Of a stretch of 64,000 nt of DNA, positions 58,350 through 64,000 are shown piece by piece. The notes under the pieces were generated by a model. It did no database searches, was not told where the DNA came from, and worked only from the letters and a program-made list of their open reading frames with translations. The stretch is taken from contig CAVXKQ010000002.1 in the NCBI GenBank assembly GCA_963762325.1, positions 39,979-103,978 on the forward strand, given 5' to 3'. Made by a program: the position numbers and the translations under genes. Numbering within the stretch: the first letter of the stretch is position 1; every line of letters begins with the position of its first letter. Source of the stretch: an uncultured Solirubrobacterales bacterium (GTDB lineage: Bacteria > Actinomycetota > Thermoleophilia > Solirubrobacterales > 70-9).

Positions 58350-60110
58350 GTGTTCGAGAAGGTGCTGATAGCCAATCGCGGCGAGATCGCCATTCGCGTC
58401 GCCCGGACGCTGAAGGAGATGGGGATCGTCTCCGTCGCGGTCTACTCCGAGATCGACCGCGACGCCCCCCACGTGAGAGAGGCGGACGAGGCGTTCCTGA
58501 TCGGCCCCGCGGTCCCGGCGGAGAGCTACCTGAACATCGCCAAGATCATCGAGACGGCGCAGGAGGCCGGGGCGGAGGCGATCCATCCCGGCTACGGCTT
58601 CCTCGCCGAGAACGCCGACTTCGCCCGCGCCTGCGCCGACGCCGGCCTCGTCTTCATCGGTCCGCCGCCGGAGGCGATCGAAGCGATGGGCTCGAAGACC
58701 AAGGCGCGCGAGATCATGGCCGAGGCCGGGGTGCCGATCGTGCCCGGGGCGACCGAGCCGGCGGTGGACGTGGAGGCCGCCCGCAAGCAGGCCGAGGAAG
58801 CCGGCTACCCGGTCGCCTGCAAGGCGGCTGGAGGTGGCGGCGGCAAGGGCTTCCGGGTGGCGATGACCCCGGAGGAGCTCGAGGCGGCCTTCGACGGCGC
58901 CGCCCGCGAAGGCGAGAAGTTCTTCTCCGACGACCGCGTCTACGTCGAGCGCTACCTCGAGGACCCGCGCCACGTCGAGGTCCAGGTCCTGGCCGACTCG
59001 CAGGGCAGCGTGATCCACCTCGGCGAGCGCGACTGCTCGATCCAGCGCCGTCACCAGAAGGTGATCGAGGAGGCCCCGGGGCCTCACGTCGACGCCGAGA
59101 TGCGGGCGCGGATCGGCAAGATCGCCACCGACGCGGCCGCCGCCGTCGGCTATCGCGGCGCCGGCACGGTCGAGGGCATGCAGGTCGGCGACGAGTACTT
59201 CTTCCTCGAGATGAACACGCGGGTCCAGGTCGAGCACTGCGTGACCGAGATGGTCTGCGGCGTCGACATCGTCCGCGAGCAGGTCCTGGTCGCCGCCGGC
59301 GAGGCGCTCTCGGTCGCCCAGGAGGACGTCGAGCTGCGTGGGCACGCGATCGAGTGCCGGATCAACGCCGAGGCCGCGCACAAGAAATTCGCCCCCGCCC
59401 CAGGAGCGATCACCACCTACCGCGAGCCAGCCGGGCCGGGCGTCCGCGTCGACTCCGGCGTCGAAGCCGGCTCCGAGGTGACGCCGATGTACGACCCGAT
59501 GGTGGCCAAGCTGATCGTTTGGGACGTCGACCGCGAGAAAGCGACGCGGCGGATGCTGCGGGCCCTGGACGAGTACGAGGTCGGCGGCCTGACCACGTTG
59601 ATCCCCTTCCACAAGGCGATCCTGGCGACCGAGCAGTGGGCGCGGGGGGAGACCTGCCGCGAGCTGATGGAGGACCGCGAGTGGCTCAAGTCGACCGCAC
59701 CCGCGGAGGTCGCCGCCCCCGAGGCCGCGGACGGCGCTGAACTGGTCAGCCGCGACTACAAGGTCGAGGTCTCCGGCAAGCTCTTCGACGTCAAGGTGAT
59801 CGGCGAGGCTGGAGCCGGCGGCGGGGCCGCTCCCGCGGCGGCCGGCAGGAAGCCGCCGAAACGCGAGCGCAAGGCGGGTGGCGGCGCCAGCGCCTCGAGC
59901 GAGTCCCTGCCGTCACCGCTCCAGGGCACCGTCTTCAAGGTCGCCGTCGAGCCGGGCGCCGAGGTCGCCGAGGGCGACCTGATCTGCGTGATCGAGGCGA
60001 TGAAGATGGAGAACGAGATCGCCGCCCACCGCGCCGGCAAGGTCACCTCCCTCAACGTCGAGGTAGGCGCCGCCGTCAACTCCGGCGACGTCCTAGCCGT
60101 CATCGAGTAA
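58350..60110 (+). CDS. accA: acyl-CoA carboxylase alpha subunit (biotin carboxylase + BCCP)
   Basis: KVLIANRGEIAIRVART..., the ATP-grasp core, and the C-terminal biotinylation motif IEAMKMENEI. GTG at 58350. Confidence 0.9.
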   Translation: MFEKVLIANRGEIAIRVARTLKEMGIVSVAVYSEIDRDAPHVREADEAFLIGPAVPAESYLNIAKIIETAQEAGAEAIHPGYGFLAENADFARACADAGLVFIGPPPEAIEAMGSKTKAREIMAEAGVPIVPGATEPAVDVEAARKQAEEAGYPVACKAAGGGGGKGFRVAMTPEELEAAFDGAAREGEKFFSDDRVYVERYLEDPRHVEVQVLADSQGSVIHLGERDCSIQRRHQKVIEEAPGPHVDAEMRARIGKIATDAAAAVGYRGAGTVEGMQVGDEYFFLEMNTRVQVEHCVTEMVCGVDIVREQVLVAAGEALSVAQEDVELRGHAIECRINAEAAHKKFAPAPGAITTYREPAGPGVRVDSGVEAGSEVTPMYDPMVAKLIVWDVDREKATRRMLRALDEYEVGGLTTLIPFHKAILATEQWARGETCRELMEDREWLKSTAPAEVAAPEAADGAELVSRDYKVEVSGKLFDVKVIGEAGAGGGAAPAAAGRKPPKRERKAGGGASASSESLPSPLQGTVFKVAVEPGAEVAEGDLICVIEAMKMENEIAAHRAGKVTSLNVEVGAAVNSGDVLAVIE

Positions 60111-60164
60111 TAACAGCTGCACCTAGCCACCATCGAGTAAGTAGCCACCGCAGGCCTGTGCAGG

Positions 60165-60222
60165 GTGTCGGGGGAGGGCCCTCCCGACACTCCCCGCTTT
60201 TGTCGGGAGGGCCCTCCCGACA
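60165..60222. terminator. twin G+C-rich palindromes between convergent accA and sulfatase genes
   Basis: GTGTCGGGGGAGGGCCCTCCCGACAC (60165..60190) followed by CCCCGCTTTT, then TGTCGGGAGGGCCCTCCCGACA (60201..60222). Confidence 0.6.
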
Positions 60223-60225
60223 CCC

Positions 60226-62115
60226 TTACCGCCCCGCTTTAGATCCTTTTTCGTGGTGCTTCTTTTCTTCCCGTTCCTTCTGTTCCTGACGTTCTTCTTC
60301 GCGCCGTTGCTTGTCGACCTTGCGCTGCTGTTCGCGGGTCAACGGGAATTTCGGGGCGACTTCCTGGCAGGTGCGGCCGATGCAGGTCTCGAGGCGGATC
60401 AGCTGGCTGTGGAGGAAGGCGCGGATCGGGCCGAAGTTCTTGTCGCGGATCTTGTTGTTGAGCTCATACGGATCCTTGGTGATGTCGTAGAGCTCTTTCT
60501 CGCCGTCGGGCCACTCGATGTACTTGTAGGGGCCGAGGCGGATTCCCTCGTAGTCCTTGGGCGGGGCCACGATCGAGGCGCTGGCCTGGTTGGACCGCGA
60601 GTTGACGCTGTCGCCCCCCCCGGCCACGCCTTGCGCCAGAGGCGTCGGGGTCGCCGCCGGGCCACCGCCGTTCTCTTCCACGTCCGCGGTCTCGACGAAG
60701 GACTCGAAGAGGAGCGGCCGCCTGGTGCGCAGTTCGGGGTCGAGCAGGTAGGGGACAAGCGAGCGCCCGTCGATGCTTTTGTCGGCTTCGACGCCGGCCA
60801 GCTCGAGGATCGTCGGGGCGACGTCGAGGTTGGAGGCCAGCTCGCCGGTCGAGGTGCCGGGCTTGATCCCCGGTCCCCGCATCAGGAACGGCAGGTGGGT
60901 TGATGGCTCGTAGGCGAGGAACTTGCCGCCGGTCAGCCGGTGCTCGCCGTAGAAGAAGCCGTTGTCGGAGGTGAAGATGATGTAGGTGTTGCGCAGCCGG
61001 TGCATGGCGCCCAGGGTGTTGACGACCTGCTGCACGCCCTCGTCGATTGCCCGCAGGGAGGCGAGGGCGTTCTGGTAGTAGACGCGGTAGGTGTGGGTCT
61101 CGGTCGGGGAGAGGTAGGAGGCTTCGCGGATGAAGCGCGGCTTGTCGTTGACGTTGCCCTCGTTGAACCCTTCCGAGGGGCCGTGGGGGTAGGGGGCGCC
61201 GGCGAAGATTTCGTAGTGCCGGGTCGCGGGCTCGGGCCCCGCGGGTCGCCTGAAGTCGCCATGCGGCGCGGTGTAGTCGAGCTGCAGGTCGAAGGGCTGG
61301 GTTTCCGCCGTCCCCAGCATCTCTTCGCTGGCGATGCGGGTGAGGACGTCGGTCTCGTACAGGCAGGGGAGGCCGTTGAGCGGGGCGAAGGGGCAGCCGA
61401 AGTCGTCCCTGACCCCGTATTCGCGCGTCTCCCAGCTGCCGGAGTCGCCGAAGGGGCCGTCGATCGAGCCGTTGTCGTTGAGCGTGTAGCCGTAGAAGTA
61501 GTGGTCGGTGTCGGCCTTGAGGACGGTGTGCCAGGCGGTCCAGCCGGGCGGCACGTTCTGGCCGTTGTCGTACGGTTCGTCGCCGTAGCCGTTGAGGAAC
61601 TTGCCGATGTGGATCGTGCGGTAGCCGGCACCCTGCAGCCAGGTGGCGACGTTGTGGCTGTAGGCCTGGCGGTTGGCGAAGCCGGTGAAGCCGCCGTTTG
61701 GCGGGACGTTGCCGCGGACGTTGTGGTTGTGGGCGTAGCGCCCGGTGAGCAGGCTGACCCGCGAAGGACAGCAGAGCGGGTAGGAGACGTAATAGCGGTT
61801 GAAGGCGATTCCTTTGGCGCCGATCGAGGCGAGGGTGTTGGGCATCACCGCGGCGCCGGTCGGGGCGTAGGTGGCGTAGAGCTGGTCCAGCGTCTGGTCG
61901 TCGGTCTGGATCACGACGAAGTTCGGTTTCTGCCCGGCCGGGAGCAGGGTGTTCTGCCGCTTCGCGGCGCTCGCCACCGGCGAGGCGGCGTCGGCGCTCT
62001 CCTGGTCGACGGCGAAGAGCAGCGCGGCCAGCAGGGCCAGCACGCTCGCGGCGAGGGCAAGCCGCGCGCCGAGGAGGGCGCGCATCTGAGTCTTGGGGTG
62101 CGCGAACCTATTCAT
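60226..62115 (-). CDS. sulfatase (formylglycine-dependent) with Lys/Glu/Arg-rich C-terminal tail
   Basis: Signal peptide, PNFVVIQTDDQ, and the sulfatase signature CCPSRVSLLTGR (C-x-P-x-R). Confidence 0.85.
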   Translation of the reverse strand: MNRFAHPKTQMRALLGARLALAASVLALLAALLFAVDQESADAASPVASAAKRQNTLLPAGQKPNFVVIQTDDQTLDQLYATYAPTGAAVMPNTLASIGAKGIAFNRYYVSYPLCCPSRVSLLTGRYAHNHNVRGNVPPNGGFTGFANRQAYSHNVATWLQGAGYRTIHIGKFLNGYGDEPYDNGQNVPPGWTAWHTVLKADTDHYFYGYTLNDNGSIDGPFGDSGSWETREYGVRDDFGCPFAPLNGLPCLYETDVLTRIASEEMLGTAETQPFDLQLDYTAPHGDFRRPAGPEPATRHYEIFAGAPYPHGPSEGFNEGNVNDKPRFIREASYLSPTETHTYRVYYQNALASLRAIDEGVQQVVNTLGAMHRLRNTYIIFTSDNGFFYGEHRLTGGKFLAYEPSTHLPFLMRGPGIKPGTSTGELASNLDVAPTILELAGVEADKSIDGRSLVPYLLDPELRTRRPLLFESFVETADVEENGGGPAATPTPLAQGVAGGGDSVNSRSNQASASIVAPPKDYEGIRLGPYKYIEWPDGEKELYDITKDPYELNNKIRDKNFGPIRAFLHSQLIRLETCIGRTCQEVAPKFPLTREQQRKVDKQRREEERQEQKEREEKKHHEKGSKAGR

Positions 62116-62180
62116 AGGAGACGACTAGGGGTCGAAACCGGCGCCTCTCGCCGGAGTTGCGCCTGAACGCTAGAAAACGC

Positions 62181-62864
62181 TCAGGACGCGCCGAGCTTTT
62201 TCGCTGCTTCGCGGAAGTTTTTGACCGTGGCGCTGGGGGCTTTGCGCCCTTCCAGTTTCTCGCCGTGGCGGTTGACCCAGATCACCGGCACGTTCATTTT
62301 CAGCACCGGGGCGATGTCAGTCGCGTAGTCGCTGCCGATGTGCAGCCAGCCTTTCTTGCCCCCGATCCGCCGCGCGCACTCTTTGAAGTGGACCGGGTCG
62401 GGCTTGTAGCTGCGCACCTGCTGGGCGGTGACGACGAGGTCCAGTTCGGTCCGCAGGTGGCGGCGCGAGATCCCCAGCAGTTTGTCGTCGGTGTTGGTGA
62501 TGATCCCGAGGTCGTACTTCTTGCCGAGCCGGTCCATCGCCGCGTTGGCCTCGCGGAAGGGCAGCCAGTAGGCGACGCTGTTGGGCAGGAACTGGGCCCG
62601 CGAGGGCTCCACCTCCCAGCCGAGCTCGCCGGCGACCTTGACGATCGTGCGGCGCAGCACCTCGGCGTAGAGCTCGTAGGAGCCGGCCATGATTTCGGCC
62701 TGGACCTCCATGAAGCGGGCGAGAAAGGGGCCTTCCTCGAAGCTGAAGCCGTCTTTGGCGGCCTCTTTCTTGCAGGCTTCGATGATCCCCTTCTCCCAAT
62801 CGATCAGGGTGCCGTAGCAATCGGCGGTCACCCATTTGATGTTTTTGAGACTGGGAAGGGCCAT
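62181..62864 (-). CDS. HAD-superfamily hydrolase (haloacid dehalogenase type II-like)
   Basis: Motif I is VTADCYGTLIDW, with SYKPDP and GSDYATDI downstream. ATG at 62864. G+C is somewhat lower. Confidence 0.75.
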   Translation of the reverse strand: MALPSLKNIKWVTADCYGTLIDWEKGIIEACKKEAAKDGFSFEEGPFLARFMEVQAEIMAGSYELYAEVLRRTIVKVAGELGWEVEPSRAQFLPNSVAYWLPFREANAAMDRLGKKYDLGIITNTDDKLLGISRRHLRTELDLVVTAQQVRSYKPDPVHFKECARRIGGKKGWLHIGSDYATDIAPVLKMNVPVIWVNRHGEKLEGRKAPSATVKNFREAAKKLGAS

Positions 62865-62987
62865 GGCCAGCGCGGCATTATGGCAATCGTCCCCGGCCGG
62901 GGGAGTCACCTAGGGGGACTCGGCGACGGCGCGCGCGCCCAGCGGTCTGGGATAGGGTGCGCGACCGCGCCTCCGGGTGCCGCTTCT

Positions 62988-64000
62988 ATGGACCTCCTCG
63001 AGTATCAGGGCAAGCAGCTGTTCGCCAAGCACGGCGTCGCCGTGCCCAGCGGCGAGGTCGCCGCCAACGTCGAGGACGCCGTAGCCGCCGCGGAGCGGAT
63101 CGGCTACCCCTGCGCGATCAAGGCCCAGGTCCTGATCGGGGGCCGCGGCAAGGCGGGCGGGATCAAGATCGCCAAGGACGCCGCGGAGGCGCGCGAGTAC
63201 GCGGACGCGATCATCGGCATGGACATCGTCGGCCCCCACGGCGAGGGTCCCTTCCGGGTCGATCAGGTCTGGATCGAGGGCGGCTCCGACATCGCCGCCG
63301 AGTACTACGCCTCGGTCATCCTCGACCGCGGCGAGAAGAAGCTTCTTGCGATGGTTTCCAGCCAGGGAGGGATGGATATCGAGCAGGTCGCGGCCGAGAG
63401 CCCCGAGGCTCTGGTCAAGCGCCACATCGACCCGACGCGCGAGTTCGACGCTGGCGCGGCACGGGCGATCGTCGACGCCGCCGGGCTCGACGAGGACGTC
63501 CGCGACCAGGCGGCCGAGGTGCTGGTGAAGCTGGCCGAGGTGGCGAAGGGCGAGGACGCCAGCCTGATCGAGGTCAACCCGCTGATCGTCACCGCCGGCC
63601 GCGAGGTCGTCGCGCTCGACGCCAAGGTGACGATCGACGGCAACGCCCTCTTCCGCCACCAGGACCTGGCCGAGATCGCCGACACGGTCGACGATCCGCA
63701 GGAGCAGATGGCGAAGGAGAAGGGCCTGACCTACGTCAAGCTCGACGGCAACGTCGGCATCCTCGCCAACGGCGCCGGGCTCTGCATGTCGACGCTCGAC
63801 GTCGTCGCCCAGGCGGGCGGTGCCCCGGCCAACTTCCTCGACGCCGGCGGCGGCTCCAAAGCGGAGGCGATCGTCAACGCCCTGGAAGTGATCGTCTCCG
63901 ACCAGAAGGTGAAGGCGATCCTCTTCAACATCTTCGGCGGCATCACCCGCTGCGACGAGATCGCCAAGGGCATCGTCACCGCCTCGGGCCAGCTCGACCT
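62988..64000 (+). CDS. sucC: succinyl-CoA synthetase beta subunit (3' partial, runs off the window)
   Basis: MDLLEYQGKQLFAKHGVAVP..., KAQVLIGGRGKAGGIK..., GNVGILANGAGLCMSTLD... It is absent from the ORF track because no stop falls within the window. Confidence 0.9.
   Translation, partial: MDLLEYQGKQLFAKHGVAVPSGEVAANVEDAVAAAERIGYPCAIKAQVLIGGRGKAGGIKIAKDAAEAREYADAIIGMDIVGPHGEGPFRVDQVWIEGGSDIAAEYYASVILDRGEKKLLAMVSSQGGMDIEQVAAESPEALVKRHIDPTREFDAGAARAIVDAAGLDEDVRDQAAEVLVKLAEVAKGEDASLIEVNPLIVTAGREVVALDAKVTIDGNALFRHQDLAEIADTVDDPQEQMAKEKGLTYVKLDGNVGILANGAGLCMSTLDVVAQAGGAPANFLDAGGGSKAEAIVNALEVIVSDQKVKAILFNIFGGITRCDEIAKGIVTASGQLD

Overview
High-G+C window (about 70% by spot counts), actinobacterial in type. 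Gene content hints at a Thermoleophilia/Rubrobacteria-like lineage, but that is inference only. I can support about 70 protein genes and 2 tRNAs (Val-TAC, Asp-GTC). I recognised no rRNA, CRISPR, transposase or integrase.

Gene blocks, left to right:
- A lower-G+C accessory patch: a TPR array cut by the window edge, a VOC enzyme, a Phd/YefM-VapC toxin-antitoxin pair, and unknowns.
- A PucR regulator, secreted and membrane unknowns, and a cupredoxin.
- SIMPL, MpaB and an FtsH-like AAA protease, with a divergent FHA-LuxR gene.
- An MBL hydrolase, then a translationally coupled cluster of amine-oxidase-like, DUF1365, CFA-synthase and alpha/beta-hydrolase genes.
- A secreted HExxH protein and an FAH-family enzyme.
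- tRNA-Asp followed by PadR and a degenerate sugar transferase.
- An ECF sigma factor, three tandem TetR genes, two tandem S51 peptidases, and ferritin.
- A polyamine / omega-amino-acid catabolic neighbourhood: decarboxylase, FAD oxidase, USP, APC permease, class-III transaminase, PucR, Ald and ALDH.
- An RTX-like repeat protein and a DUF559 gene.
- Sulfate assimilation: dodecin, rhodanese, sulfite reductase, cysH, cysD, cysNC.
- A heme-acquisition supercluster.
- PHP phosphoesterase, accA, sulfatase, HAD and sucC (3' partial).

The most interesting locus is 49437..57388. It holds an IsdG-type heme oxygenase, an HmuTUV-like ABC importer, two HtaA-domain proteins, a C-terminally anchored PKD protein, a MotA/ExbB channel and an ExbD-like small protein. 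Both of its promoter regions carry TTAGG-N4-CCTAA palindromes.

A dense non-coding layer is not explained by the genes:
- A REP-like family (TTGTCGCCC-N3-GGGCGACAA, 5 copies) that brackets single genes.
- A GTGTCTGAG...CTCAGACAC hairpin family.
- Very long perfect inverted repeats with arms of 22, 28 and 32 bp.
- A 163-nt structure that fills the cysD-cysN junction and sequesters the cysN Shine-Dalgarno.

At least eight single-nucleotide frame disruptions, mostly in short G/C runs, split otherwise recognisable genes. These are either assembly indels or real gene decay and need read-level checking.

All family calls come from motif recognition by eye. No database search was run.
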